The position numbers and the translations under genes were made by a program. A stretch of DNA of 64,000 nt. Origin: a virus. Under the pieces are notes generated by a model. That model did not search any database. It was given only the letters and a program-made list of their open reading frames with translations, and had not been told where the DNA came from. This document shows, piece by piece, positions 9,437-19,355 of this stretch; position 1 is the stretch's first letter; every line of letters begins with the position of its first letter. The DNA lies in the IMG/VR virus record IMGVR_UViG_3300032431_000004, positions 10,824 through 74,823 of that record; one strand, written 5' to 3'.

Positions 9437-9757
9437 TTAGAGTTTCACAATAGGCGCGATCGCCCCTGTCCAATCGTTCTGAGGATCTTTTGCAGTACTA
9501 GCGATCGCACCTATTGCCGCAACGAATGCGTGATACTTTGCCGCATTGAAGTGCAGGCCAGCAAGATCCTCGTTAGTGATAACGCGATCGCCATTCAGGA
9601 AATAGCCCTTTTTCAACCCCACCAAAAGATAGGCGTCAATCCTGCCCAGCAGCTCAGTAGCCGCCAGCCCGATCTCTGCTCCCTTCTGGCAATGCGATCG
9701 CTTGTCGTTTACGGTTGCCTGCGTGTTTTGGTCAAGTTGTTCTTGGTTCAGTGTCAT
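9437..9757 (-). CDS. Hypothetical protein
   Basis: ATG at 9757 (MTLNQEQ) follows stop of upstream small ORF. Confidence 0.6.
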   Translation of the reverse strand: MTLNQEQLDQNTQATVNDKRSHCQKGAEIGLAATELLGRIDAYLLVGLKKGYFLNGDRVITNEDLAGLHFNAAKYHAFVAAIGAIASTAKDPQNDWTGAIAPIVKL

Positions 9758-9759
9758 GG

Positions 9760-9924
9760 TTAGGCAAAAATAGTTGGGCGTGGTTTGCGGGAATTGGCTA
9801 GCTTGTCGAATCGCTTCAGAAACTCTTCGGCAGAGTCGGCCTTTGCAATGCACTCAGCTGGAATGCTGCCATCCGCGTCAAGAGGGCGATCGAATATATA
9901 GGCAACGAATTTGGGGTTTGACAT
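9760..9924 (-). CDS. Small 54-aa protein (not in ORF track)
   Basis: RBS GGAG, MSNPKFVAYIFDRPLD...PTIFA*, fills gap in operon. Confidence 0.55.
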   Translation of the reverse strand: MSNPKFVAYIFDRPLDADGSIPAECIAKADSAEEFLKRFDKLANSRKPRPTIFA

Positions 9925-9937
9925 TATTTCTCCAGTT

Positions 9938-10402
9938 TTAAGCGGCGGTGTCGCCAGTGATTCGATACAGATTTGCGGCCATCCCAGGGAGTATCGAGAT
10001 AGGGGAGTCCATTAACGCTGTCTTGAACTGGTTTCGGGCATTCCTAACCGTTGTACCAGCCCCTTGAACTATCGTGACTTGCCCGGTGGATGATGGAACA
10101 ATTATGCAATTAAATCCGGTAGGCAGCCCACTTGGGATTGTTACGCTGATTGCAGTTGAGGCACTAAACACCTTTTGCTTCCCCATGTCGGCGGCAACGA
10201 ATGTGTAGGTAGTCCCGGCAACCTCTTCTGAAACGATCGCATAATTTTGGATCCCTTGAGCGTTGAACCCTTGAGCGGCGGTGATTGCGGTTAGGATTTG
10301 CTGAGCTGCTAGCTGCGATCGCGCTGCCGCTGCATCAGCGGATTCCGCCAAAGCCTTCCCTAGCGCGGTTATTGCCCAGTCTGAAATCTGTTTGAATCTC
10401 AT
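9938..10402 (-). CDS. Tail fiber-related protein
   Basis: TTYTFVAAD.GK..VFSASTAISVTIP..LPTGF..GQVTI module typical of fiber proteins. Confidence 0.6.
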   Translation of the reverse strand: MRFKQISDWAITALGKALAESADAAAARSQLAAQQILTAITAAQGFNAQGIQNYAIVSEEVAGTTYTFVAADMGKQKVFSASTAISVTIPSGLPTGFNCIIVPSSTGQVTIVQGAGTTVRNARNQFKTALMDSPISILPGMAANLYRITGDTAA

Positions 10403-10413
10403 AGGTTAACGGC

Positions 10414-11124
10414 TCAAGAGAAGTAGCGGGCGGTGACGCGATCAGCAACCTCTAATGGAAATCCAGCATTTGCAGCCGACCAGGTGATAGTGAGGCCAGA
10501 GAGGGAGAATGCAGCGGCAGCACCGCCAAAGGTGTCGAACTGTTGCCCATTAACGTAAAGCCTCAAATTGGCTATATTCAGTGGGGTAAACCCAAGGTTG
10601 GCCACGGTGTTTAGCGCCGTAACTGTCAGCCGTTCGCCCCGTGGCGTTCCACTCCCACCCCCTGCTCCGGCAGGGTCGTTGGAGATATTGCGCGCACTGA
10701 CAGCGATCGCGGCATCCGCTGGAAACCTTGCGAAGTCAAACCTGTAACTAAACTCAATATCGATCGCCGCTGCTGGCATGGAGTGAGCCGTTTCGACACC
10801 AGCTATCAGAGAGAAGTAGGTCAGGGTGTAGACGCCGCCCGCCTCGGTGATTCGGCCAAATACCTCGTTCCCACTTGCATCAGTTAGTTTGAGCTTGCTT
10901 GTGCCGCCGTAAATCTCGGTGCGGTTGTTGGCTCCGGTTACAATCACTCCGATCGTATTGGAACCCCCTAGCGGCTGCACCGGAACCGACACCCCGCCTT
11001 CGCCAGCGGTAGACAGGGCAGTACCGATGGCAGTGGTGAGGACTCCGCTGGTGCCGCTGGCAGAAAATCCGTTCACTCGAACGGATGCACTCTGCGGCTT
11101 GATAATCTGTTTGGCTGGAATCAT
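10414..11124 (-). CDS. Virion structural protein (tail-associated)
   Basis: Gly/Ala/Thr-rich; C-terminal LYVNG domain related to 11134..12048 repeats. Confidence 0.6.
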   Translation of the reverse strand: MIPAKQIIKPQSASVRVNGFSASGTSGVLTTAIGTALSTAGEGGVSVPVQPLGGSNTIGVIVTGANNRTEIYGGTSKLKLTDASGNEVFGRITEAGGVYTLTYFSLIAGVETAHSMPAAAIDIEFSYRFDFARFPADAAIAVSARNISNDPAGAGGGSGTPRGERLTVTALNTVANLGFTPLNIANLRLYVNGQQFDTFGGAAAAFSLSGLTITWSAANAGFPLEVADRVTARYFS

Positions 11125-11133
11125 AGCTAGCTC

Positions 11134-12048
11134 CTATTGGTAAAAAACTTCAAACTCGTCTGACGTTTCAAGCTGCACTCGATTTTGCCAGTTAAGTATC
11201 GCCCCGTTGATGGTGTAATCGAGCGCGAACCTCGCCTTTACCCCATTCAAGAAAAGATAACTCAACTGCGGAGATGCGGGCACTGCCGCTAGCGTGAAAA
11301 CTGTCTGCCCATTTGAAGGCGTAAAAACTGTTCGATTCAGTACAACTACATTGACAGCCAGACTGGCATTGTACTGGTAGAAAACTTCAAATTCGTCCGT
11401 TACCTGAAGCTGTACTCGATTTTGCCAATTAACGTTAGCGCCATTGACTGTGTAATCGAGCGCGAACCTCATCTTTACCCCATTCAGGAAAAGATAGCTC
11501 AACTGTGGCGATACGGGCACCTCAGCTAAGGTGAAAACGGTTTGACCATTTGACAGCGTGAAAACTTCCCTAGTGGAACTAATGCCACCGCCACCGCCTC
11601 CGGTGATCAGTCCAGGATGAGCCGCTAGATTGGCATTATGGGTAGCGATCGCACCATCAACAACACCAGACAACCACGCAGGGATAGGGTCAGGCGGCGC
11701 ACCGGGGATGACAGGCGGCACTACACCCCACTGGGTAATCGTCCCGACAACCGTCACCTGCCCACTAAAAAACTTATCGCGATCGCCACCCGGCGACTCC
11801 AGCAGCACATCGTAGGCATGGCTACTGCTGGGCCTTATGTTGGTTAGCGATCGCCCTAGTTCAAGTCTGACATCTCCATCTGGCTGAACCGTGGCTAATG
11901 GTTCAGCCAGCAAGACGCCAGCCGCATCTCTAATTTGGCAGCGGGCACCCCAGCTTGCGTCAGGCAATGGCAAAACAGGGGGCGTTAGGGTTTGCTCCCA
12001 ATCCGTCCTTTGATGAATGATTAATTTTGCCGCTGTAGTTTTCGACAC
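11134..12048 (-). CDS. Tail-associated protein with two tandem ~70-aa domains
   Basis: VFT.SNGQTVFTLA.VP.SPQLSYLFLNGVK.RFALDYT duplicated; BppU-like N-terminus. Confidence 0.65.
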   Translation of the reverse strand: MSKTTAAKLIIHQRTDWEQTLTPPVLPLPDASWGARCQIRDAAGVLLAEPLATVQPDGDVRLELGRSLTNIRPSSSHAYDVLLESPGGDRDKFFSGQVTVVGTITQWGVVPPVIPGAPPDPIPAWLSGVVDGAIATHNANLAAHPGLITGGGGGGISSTREVFTLSNGQTVFTLAEVPVSPQLSYLFLNGVKMRFALDYTVNGANVNWQNRVQLQVTDEFEVFYQYNASLAVNVVVLNRTVFTPSNGQTVFTLAAVPASPQLSYLFLNGVKARFALDYTINGAILNWQNRVQLETSDEFEVFYQ

Positions 12049-12365
12049 TCGCTACAGATAGGTTAGGGGAGCGCGATCGCCCCTAGCAAAGCCCCCAAAA
12101 GCGATCGCATGTAGAGAATAACCGAAATCGTAGAGAGCGGCGAAAAATGGGCGATAGGATGGCGATAGCGATCGCATGTACGCGTTTGTAACCATTACTA
12201 GGCAACGGTTACAGCAGTCAAACAGCTTCCTGAGTACGCGTTACTAGAACCTGTTGCAAGGTCAAACACCTTGCAAGTAGAGAGCCTTTAGAATCGCTAG
12301 AATCCCTTGTAGCTCAACGCTTGCCCCTTGCAACCTAGAGAGAACAGGGCAGCCAGAAGGCAGGT

Positions 12366-12490
12366 AAAAACAGGCAGTGTCATGTTGACTGTCATACTTT
12401 TGGCAACACATTCTAAGCCTTGCTGAGCATGAGTTAGAAGCCTGCCGTCGCAGCGTCACTGACATCTAGTAGTTTTAGGTTTGCTGCCAA
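12366..12490 (+). repeat. Palindromic dispersed element, copy 1 (left arm only)
   Basis: aaaacaggcagtgtc-atgtt-gactgtcatacttttggcaacac...ctgccgtcgcagcgtcactgacatctagtagttttagg. Confidence 0.9.
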
Positions 12491-12764
12491 AGACTTAAGA
12501 TGGCAGCGATCGCCCATGTTAGGAAAAAAGGAATGCTTGCAGGCTTCTGGTTTTGCTTCAATAGCTATCTAGACTGGCATCGGTTAATGGTTCAGGCGTA
12601 CAACCAGTCGTTTAATCAGTTCAAATTTTTCAGATGCTTAGGGCAAACCGAATGGTTGACTTGAGGCAGCAATCGGCAGGCAGCGCTGCGCGATCGCCCA
12701 TAGCTTCATTTTCTTTAGCCGCCTGATTTGGGCGGCTTTCCTTTGGGCGATCGCGTTTTTCGCT

Positions 12765-13064
12765 AAAAGTAGGCAGTGTCATGTTGACTGTCATACTTTT
12801 GGCAACATACTCTAACCCATACTCAGTAAAGCTTAGACACCTGCCGTCGCACTGTCATTGGCATTAAGAGTTTTAGATTCTGAGATTAGGATTATCTCTA
12901 AGAAGATTAGATATTTAATTCAGTGAATTAATAACTCTGAATCCTCTCCTATTTTGAAATCAGAAAAATCAATGACAGTGCGACGGCAGGCATCTAAGCC
13001 ATATATACCAAGGCTTTAAGTGTGTTGCCAATTTGTTGACTGTCACGTAGACACTGCCTGTTTT
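12765..13064 (+). repeat. Palindromic dispersed element, copy 2 (full, ~300 bp)
   Basis: ~100-bp imperfect inverted arms around an AT-rich centre ttaattcagtgaattaa. Confidence 0.95.
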
Positions 13065-13094
13065 TTTGGGGATTCTAGCAGCTGAGACTACCCC

Positions 13095-13260
13095 TAAAAA
13101 GACTCAGGTATTTAATCCAATAGATTGAATACCTGAGTCTTCCCTTATTTTGAAATCGTAAAAGTCAATGACGCTGCGACGGGAGGTGTCTAACCCATAC
13201 TCAGCAATACTTTAACCCTGTTGCCAAAACAATGACAGTCACGTAGACACTGCCTGTTTT
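13095..13260 (+). repeat. Palindromic dispersed element, copy 3 (centre + right arm)
   Basis: Central hairpin aagactcaggtatttaatc/gattgaatacctgagtctt, then arm ending gacactgcctgtttt. Confidence 0.9.
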
Positions 13261-13281
13261 CCCAGAATGCCACCGGCTAAA

Positions 13282-13803
13282 TCAGCTATTCAAATAATCT
13301 GCCAAAAGCTGATTCAGTTCATCCCTGACGCCTGGGTACAGATCCCCATTAGCATCAACAGGCAGGAATGGCCGCGCCGGAACACTTGCCCTCGGTGCCC
13401 CAAAGTTATGAATAGCTCCTAGATCGTAGCGACCGACTTTTTGAGCAGTGCCCACTTCAGCAGCATTATTAGTGGCACGGGAGTACAGTGAATTGAAAAG
13501 CGCCCCAGACCATTGCAGCTTCAGTTTGCCGCCAGCTTTAGGCGCTCCCCTGGTGTTTGTACCTTTTCGCTTCTTACGGCTGCTGTAGCCCTCCTTATAG
13601 CGTCTGTACCGATCGCTTAATTCTGCCCACGGTTTTCCAGCGGCACCGGGAGCGCGTTGATTTTTGAATGCCCTGACAGCTTCAGCCTCAAGGTAATTCG
13701 CCCACGCTTTGTAAAGTGGCTGAGGTTTTCTGATTTTGGCGATCGTTTCCGATAGAATGCGATCGCCCGTGAGTTGGGATACATCAAATTCAAAGGTTGA
13801 CAT
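13282..13803 (-). CDS. Virion morphogenesis protein (Mu gpG / tail completion S family)
   Basis: W..LS..Y, L..SG.L..S, AIHNFG, VPARPFL. Confidence 0.85.
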   Translation of the reverse strand: MSTFEFDVSQLTGDRILSETIAKIRKPQPLYKAWANYLEAEAVRAFKNQRAPGAAGKPWAELSDRYRRYKEGYSSRKKRKGTNTRGAPKAGGKLKLQWSGALFNSLYSRATNNAAEVGTAQKVGRYDLGAIHNFGAPRASVPARPFLPVDANGDLYPGVRDELNQLLADYLNS

Positions 13804-13810
13804 GCTGACC

Positions 13811-14497
13811 TCAGAGTAGTGGTTCTGATTTTCCTTCCCAATCCCCACAGGTGCTACCGTCTACCCCGGTAGGGTGCATGGCACAGACAAGTTTGTTGCC
13901 GCCATAGGACTGCCCGTGGTAGTTGGTGCAGCCATCGCAGGCGATCGGCTTAGAAGGATTGAGGGACTGAACGGCTCGCGTCCACTCATCTCTACGTGCT
14001 TGGGGAAATCTTCTAGTACTAAACTCTTCTATTAAGTTCATCATTGATAGATCGTTTGATCTTAATTCGTCAATTGATAAAACTGTCAGGGAACGCCCAG
14101 CACTACGAGAGTCAGCTTCCCCGATACCTAGAGAAGCGCCAACGATGCCAACCCCATAGACATCGCTGCCCAGTGATTCCCCGGCTGCTAGTGCGATCGC
14201 CTGCTGCCTTGCGGCGTATTGACTAGACCTTCCAAAAAACCTATCTCTTGCCAGTTCAAACTCAGGGCGGTACTGCCTGTATATGCGAGGCACCAATCGG
14301 AACCCGTCTAGGAACCCGAACCACTCAACTGCCCCTGTGCAAAATAGATCAAAGAATTCGCGGTAGGAAGGCAGTTCAAGCCGATCGCACGAGATCTGTA
14401 TGTGACTGTCCACTCTCCTGTTATCCCTGACACCCTTCGATGAAAGCAGCTCAGCTACTATTTCCACAATCGCCATTTTTTCAACATCTAAGGACAT
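13811..14497 (-). CDS. Hypothetical protein with C-terminal cyanobacterial Cys-rich domain
   Basis: CDGCTNYHG...VCAMHP.G...CGDW; same motif in 20040..20618. Confidence 0.65.
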   Translation of the reverse strand: MSLDVEKMAIVEIVAELLSSKGVRDNRRVDSHIQISCDRLELPSYREFFDLFCTGAVEWFGFLDGFRLVPRIYRQYRPEFELARDRFFGRSSQYAARQQAIALAAGESLGSDVYGVGIVGASLGIGEADSRSAGRSLTVLSIDELRSNDLSMMNLIEEFSTRRFPQARRDEWTRAVQSLNPSKPIACDGCTNYHGQSYGGNKLVCAMHPTGVDGSTCGDWEGKSEPLL

Positions 14498-14543
14498 AGG
14501 ATTTCCTATAGGGTAGACTTCCCCCTATCCTACCAGCGCGCCA

Positions 14544-15293
14544 TCAGCTTGCAGGCAGGCTGCCATTGGCAAAACCAGCATTAACCCGATCGCGCTCTTG
14601 AGCTATCTGAGCGGCGATAGTAGGCGGCGATCGCGCAATGACTGCCTCAATAATCTCAGCCCGTTTTGCTGCTGATGTCGTTCCCGGCGCATAATCAAAC
14701 CCAGGATCAGGCTCGATCGACTGACCTGCTATCTGATCGCCCCGCTTCAGCACGCTCACTTCTAAGTTTTCAGATAAAAGCGATCGCACTGACAGGCTGA
14801 TATATCGGCATGAGCAGCCGTAGCCATTTGGCAATGACATGGGCACGTCTTGAGCCGGGAACACCGTACCGTCTAACGCTATGTGGGTAGGCCGTGGGTG
14901 CGTTGCGCCTCCGTGGATAAGCTGCCGATACGGTTGCAGCCGCACAACGTCAGGGTCAGTCTGCTGTTGCTCCCGGCCAGCCCCGTACGACATTTTTAGA
15001 TTGGTGTTGTAAATGACATTGGCTCTCCATGATTTGTTCCCAACCCAGTCGCCAGCTATCTTCTCAAACTCTGCGCGGAATTCGTCAGGCCGTTGCCCTA
15101 AAGCGATCGCCCTATCCAATGCTGCCCTGATGCCAGACAATAAATCGCCCTTGGCACCGGCAACAACAAAAAAGGCGTCATGCTGATCGTCCGTAATGTC
15201 TCGCCAGGTATCGGTGCCAAGGTTAATTTTGTCAAGAAGATAGGCGATCGCTTCAGGGTATGGCTTGGTAGCGTAGGCCGAATTACTCAGCAT
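14544..15293 (-). CDS. Minor head morphogenesis protein (Mu gpF/SPP1 gp7 family)
   Basis: AFFVVAG, IYNTN...Y.AGR, RPTH..LDG, PNGYGCSC, PDPGF. Confidence 0.9.
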   Translation of the reverse strand: MLSNSAYATKPYPEAIAYLLDKINLGTDTWRDITDDQHDAFFVVAGAKGDLLSGIRAALDRAIALGQRPDEFRAEFEKIAGDWVGNKSWRANVIYNTNLKMSYGAGREQQQTDPDVVRLQPYRQLIHGGATHPRPTHIALDGTVFPAQDVPMSLPNGYGCSCRYISLSVRSLLSENLEVSVLKRGDQIAGQSIEPDPGFDYAPGTTSAAKRAEIIEAVIARSPPTIAAQIAQERDRVNAGFANGSLPAS

Positions 15294-16944
15294 CTTCCTG
15301 TGCCTCAAAGATGCCGGCTAGCCGACTGCTAAACATTGCCTCAGCCATAATTTCGGTTAGCGCGTCGCCATCCAAGTCAGGGAACGCTTGGTCTAATGAG
15401 TCCCTGAATTCTCTCAGACTGCCCGCACTATCAAGGCGCGATCGCACTTCTTCTAGCATTCGCTCAAACTGTGGCTCCGCTTTTTGCCGTAGCCGTTCAG
15501 TAAACTTGTCGATGGTATTTGATGGTGCAGAAAATTGAGCTGTTGCCGGCGCGATTTCTGGGGCTGGCCTGTCAGGAGTAATGGCGATCGCGGTTTCTTC
15601 AGGCAACCCGAATACATTGATGAGTACCTGTATGGCATTATCCCTAGGCAACGTATTGTCAGTAAGGAAGTTCAGCAGCGATTGGGTTCCAATCTGGCCT
15701 AGCCCTTGGTAAAGCGGCGCTGGCTGGTCAACAATTGGGCTGCCATCAGCGGCGATCGCAGGGGCTTGGATATCGGTGAATCCGTCGCCATAAGTAGTTT
15801 TTACGTACTCTGCCTTCGGCCTGTATCCCCATGAAAGGATTTCAGTATCCCGTATGGCCTGCGCATTTAGGTCAGGACGATCGGTGATTTTTCTCCATAC
15901 TCTAGGCGGCGCTGCTGATGGATAATTTATCAGCGATAGATTCCTGATCCAACCACGGTTAGCGCTATGGCAAATTAAGTCAGAATCCGATTGGATAATA
16001 TCGGTTCTCACTTGGTGCAGCATCTCGCCTTTATCCACCCCGCCTGCACCTTCGAGCGTCATCGTTTGCCCTAAAATCAGCTTGGCGATCGCCCTATCCC
16101 AATAGCCTAAGAACGCCTGATAGTCGCCAGCGCCCGACCGTGTGGCTTCTAATAGTTCAATCATCATGCCTTCAGGAATAACGATTGCGCTGTCGGTATG
16201 ACATGCCCGTACAGCCTGCAAGAGCACTTGCTTTTCTGCGTCTGTGGCAGCTTTAGAGTGTTTCCCAATGGGCGTAGGCTGTCCAAACTTTTCAAGGTAT
16301 ACTGCCCAAAATTTGCCGCCGTTTTTCTTGAACCACACGCACCAGTAGATTACGGATGCCAGCCCCCTACCATAGGGATCGTCATCGTTATCCCCACCGG
16401 TGCGGAAGTACCACCATTTGCCTGGGTAAAGGGTTTCTACATCTTCACCTTCCCAGCTTTCCCAAGTGATCAAACGAAGGCGGCCATCTTTATCAAACCG
16501 GAAGCGGCGTTGTTTCCTGACTTTGATCTTGTCAGGGTAAACGAGATCGCCATCCTTTTCCAATAGAAGTTCAGATACCGCATAGCCATAGTGAACGGCA
16601 TACTGAATTTTTTTATTAACGTCATCCCATGCAATATGGTTCAGGACTTCTTTGAGCCAGTCAGCGGCAACATCATCTATATCGCTACTTCCCCCAGCTT
16701 CTACTTCCCACGGGTGCGCTATTAACGCATTCTGCCGCTGCTCATAGCCAGCTAGAACCTGATGGTCCTCTAGAAGCTTTTCATAAATTTCTAGACGGTA
16801 GCCATTCTCTGCAAGGACGCGATCGTCAGGAAAATCCAGTTCCCCGGCATAGCGGCGCGTCAGATCCTTGCTGCGTGGCGCTACCTCTACACCTAATGCT
16901 GGCGCTGCTGAGATTGATCCATTCGTAGTGGAGGAGGTGAACAT
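15283..16944 (-). CDS. Portal protein (Mu gp29/DUF935)
   Basis: YGYAVSE, PYGRGL, W..YLEKFG.P, IAKLILGQT. Confidence 0.92.
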   Translation of the reverse strand: MFTSSTTNGSISAAPALGVEVAPRSKDLTRRYAGELDFPDDRVLAENGYRLEIYEKLLEDHQVLAGYEQRQNALIAHPWEVEAGGSSDIDDVAADWLKEVLNHIAWDDVNKKIQYAVHYGYAVSELLLEKDGDLVYPDKIKVRKQRRFRFDKDGRLRLITWESWEGEDVETLYPGKWWYFRTGGDNDDDPYGRGLASVIYWCVWFKKNGGKFWAVYLEKFGQPTPIGKHSKAATDAEKQVLLQAVRACHTDSAIVIPEGMMIELLEATRSGAGDYQAFLGYWDRAIAKLILGQTMTLEGAGGVDKGEMLHQVRTDIIQSDSDLICHSANRGWIRNLSLINYPSAAPPRVWRKITDRPDLNAQAIRDTEILSWGYRPKAEYVKTTYGDGFTDIQAPAIAADGSPIVDQPAPLYQGLGQIGTQSLLNFLTDNTLPRDNAIQVLINVFGLPEETAIAITPDRPAPEIAPATAQFSAPSNTIDKFTERLRQKAEPQFERMLEEVRSRLDSAGSLREFRDSLDQAFPDLDGDALTEIMAEAMFSSRLAGIFEAQEDAE

Positions 16945-16987
16945 GGGCGATCGCGCTTAATTTGCCCCAAGAATAACCCAGATACAA

Positions 16988-17025
16988 AAAACCACTCCTT
17001 GCTTGCATGCGGTAGGAGTGGTTTT
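16988..17025. terminator. Rho-independent terminator
   Basis: aaaaccactcct / aggagtggtttt stem. Confidence 0.65.
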
Positions 17026-17100
17026 GAAATGTCGCAAACACAAAAAGGAGACCCTTGAAATCCCTTGCCAATAGTCTAGCGCAAGGGGAGGGGATTGCCT

Positions 17101-17364
17101 TTAGCAGGGCAGCGTTGCCTTAGCGCGGTTAGAGGCTGCGATCGCTACTGCGGCTACGAACCTGTGAGCAAAATATCTCTCGGTAATCCCTGGCAAATAA
17201 GCTGCCATCAAAAAAATATAGCTAGCGTCATACGGATTATCGTCTAGCCAGACTCGCAGTCTAAAGAGTGGTTCACCTTCGCGCTCTTCATAAATTACTC
17301 TGCAATCATCACCCCAATCAGGTTTGGAAGTTTTAATGTTGTGCAGAATCTTGTCAGCAATCAA
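17101..17364 (-). CDS. Hypothetical protein
   Basis: Coupled ORF. Confidence 0.5.
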   Translation of the reverse strand: MIADKILHNIKTSKPDWGDDCRVIYEEREGEPLFRLRVWLDDNPYDASYIFLMAAYLPGITERYFAHRFVAAVAIAASNRAKATLPC

Positions 17365-17714
17365 CTGGGCTTCAATCGTTTTGCCTCCTTTGGTTTTGCG
17401 ATCGCGTCAAGCCAAACAAGCCGTAAGTACGGTGCGCTTAGCGATTCTGGAATCTGTTTGTCAATTGAGTTAAACCATCTCTGGGCCAGTTCATCTGTAG
17501 AAACATATCGCCATTGGAGCGGCACGAAGTTCAAATGATTTGAATGGTTAAACTTCACCCACCCACGCATCCCGTGAATGCTGAAATCAATGAGGTAACG
17601 CGCCAATTCAGTATTGACACCGTGTCCTTTGACCTCAACCAAAGCCCCTGCGACAGGCAGCCGATCGGCAGTATTACGCCATTGCTCAACGTTCATTCTT
17701 TTCTCTCCGCTCAC
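17361..17714 (-). CDS. Hypothetical protein
   Basis: Coupled ORF. Confidence 0.55.
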   Translation of the reverse strand: MSGEKRMNVEQWRNTADRLPVAGALVEVKGHGVNTELARYLIDFSIHGMRGWVKFNHSNHLNFVPLQWRYVSTDELAQRWFNSIDKQIPESLSAPYLRLVWLDAIAKPKEAKRLKPS

Positions 17715-17886
17715 GCCTACTTTTCCTTTTCCGTTCTGCTGGCGTCATGGGCTGATCACCCACCATTGGCCGTCCCCTAGGGGAAGGGTTCTCATTGATT
17801 ACTCGATGGCAGGCAGGGCAGCGCCATCGCTGATACCCCGCCTTGTCTTTGCCCCAGCGATGACTGGGGCGATCGCAGTGTTCCAT
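17686..17886 (-). CDS. Zinc-ribbon protein (InsA-like) with basic MTPAER tail
   Basis: WGKDKAGYQRWRCPAC, GRP, PMTPAERKRKSR. Confidence 0.6.
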   Translation of the reverse strand: MEHCDRPSHRWGKDKAGYQRWRCPACHRVINENPSPRGRPMVGDQPMTPAERKRKSRRERREKNER

Positions 17887-17888
17887 TT

Positions 17889-18065
17889 TTACTCCGCTGA
17901 CATAGCGATCGCGCTTTTGATATCAGCATCGCTAAACCCCCGCTTCCGCCCTTCTGCAAATATTCTGGCTTGATATGCCGCATCGGTCTGGTCACTGAGG
18001 TCAACACCAGAGTCTAGGATTTTAGAGATAATTTCGTTCAGGATTTCAGTGGGATTAAGTTTCAT
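17889..18065 (-). CDS. Small hypothetical protein
   Basis: ATG 18065 (MKLNPTE); the longer track ORF starts inside the repeat element. Confidence 0.55.
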   Translation of the reverse strand: MKLNPTEILNEIISKILDSGVDLSDQTDAAYQARIFAEGRKRGFSDADIKSAIAMSAE

Positions 18066-18165
18066 CGTTTTTGCCTTTTGCTGCTTACTTTTATAGTATG
18101 TCACAAAAAGAGTGGGAATAGTGGGAAGTTTCATATTGACTGCGTGAAGATGTGCGATCGCGCTT

Positions 18166-18463
18166 AAAAGAGGCAGTGTCAACATGACTGTCATACTTTT
18201 GGCAACACACTCTAAGACTTACTGAGTATGGGCTAGACACCTGCCGTCGCACTGTCATTGGCATTAAGAGTTTTAGGTTTACTGCCAGAGTTCCCACTAA
18301 AAAGATTCAGGCATTTAATCTCAGCAGATTAAATGCCTGAATCTTCTCCTATTCTGAAATCACAAAAGTATGTGACGCTGTGACAGCAGCCTTCTAAGGT
18401 ATACGTATCAGGGCTTTAGGTATGTTGCCAAAACAATGACAGTCATGTTGACACAACGCTTTT
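18166..18463 (+). repeat. Palindromic dispersed element, copy 4 (full)
   Basis: Inverted arms; perfect 19-bp central hairpin aagattcaggcatttaatc/gattaaatgcctgaatctt. Confidence 0.95.
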
Positions 18464-18466
18464 ATC

Positions 18467-19294
18467 CTACCGAGATCCGGTCAAGCTCCACTGGTGCCGT
18501 TGTGCGCCAGTTCCCCTGCGCTCTACCTTGCCTTCCCGTTGCAAAACTTTCAGAACCCTGTAGACATAGGTGTGTGAAAGTTTTACCTCACCTACGATTT
18601 TGTCAGACTGGGACTGTCCTGAGCTGAGAGCGTTCAGCACTTTTCGCTTTGCATCTTCTCCTACGTAGCCAGATTCTCCAATCGTTCTGGACTTCTTGAC
18701 TGGCGAAGCGCTACTTGCCGATCGCATTCCCTGCGTTGGCTGAGCCACTGCCTGAGCCAGCATGAGCTTGGCCTTCTCAAGATCAATCTCTGCCAGTCTG
18801 ACGTCCAGTTCCTTCAGTCTGACCTGATTGTCAACCAATGGCGGCTGAGGACTGGCTGTGGGCATCCACCCGGTCTTTGAATGAATAAGAGTTCGCAAAC
18901 CAACCCCGCTGCTCAGTAAGAGCGATCGCTTTGCTTCCTTGGTTTGATCCTTTGGAGCGGCAAAGCAGGCGTAGTAGCTAATCATCGCTGAGCAGAAAAC
19001 GTCAGGCAAGATTTCTGACCCATAAGGATCGGAGCTGTTTACTACTGGCAAAGCAATACCAGCAAAGCTTTTTAGGCATTCTGGGAGGTCGTTGCTTATC
19101 GGGTCAGAAGATCGGATCTTTTGCACCCAGTAGCTAATCGAAGGCTGAGATTTACCTACAAAACGACCTAGGCCACGATGGCTCATACCAGAACGACCGC
19201 TCAGCCGCTCGGTATAGTATTCAATCCCATCTTCCACAAACTTGATGAAATCGCCGCTCTCAGGTGCATTAAGCAATTGGATTTGTGCAGACAT
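18467..19294 (-). CDS. Antirepressor-like DNA-binding protein (N-terminal HTH, C-terminal winged helix)
   Basis: DGIEYYT...GMS.RGL.R; paralog of 34527..35297; C-terminal LSHTYVYRVLKVLQREGKV. Confidence 0.65.
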   Translation of the reverse strand: MSAQIQLLNAPESGDFIKFVEDGIEYYTERLSGRSGMSHRGLGRFVGKSQPSISYWVQKIRSSDPISNDLPECLKSFAGIALPVVNSSDPYGSEILPDVFCSAMISYYACFAAPKDQTKEAKRSLLLSSGVGLRTLIHSKTGWMPTASPQPPLVDNQVRLKELDVRLAEIDLEKAKLMLAQAVAQPTQGMRSASSASPVKKSRTIGESGYVGEDAKRKVLNALSSGQSQSDKIVGEVKLSHTYVYRVLKVLQREGKVERRGTGAQRHQWSLTGSR

Positions 19295-19313
19295 AGCTAA
19301 AACTTGGTAAGTG

Positions 19314-19331
19314 ATGCTACTATCATAGCAT
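19314..19331. promoter_or_regulatory. Putative operator palindrome between divergent regulators
   Basis: atgcta-ctatca-tagcat. Confidence 0.4.
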
Positions 19332-19355
19332 GAAGTATTTACTTTGAGGTTACTC

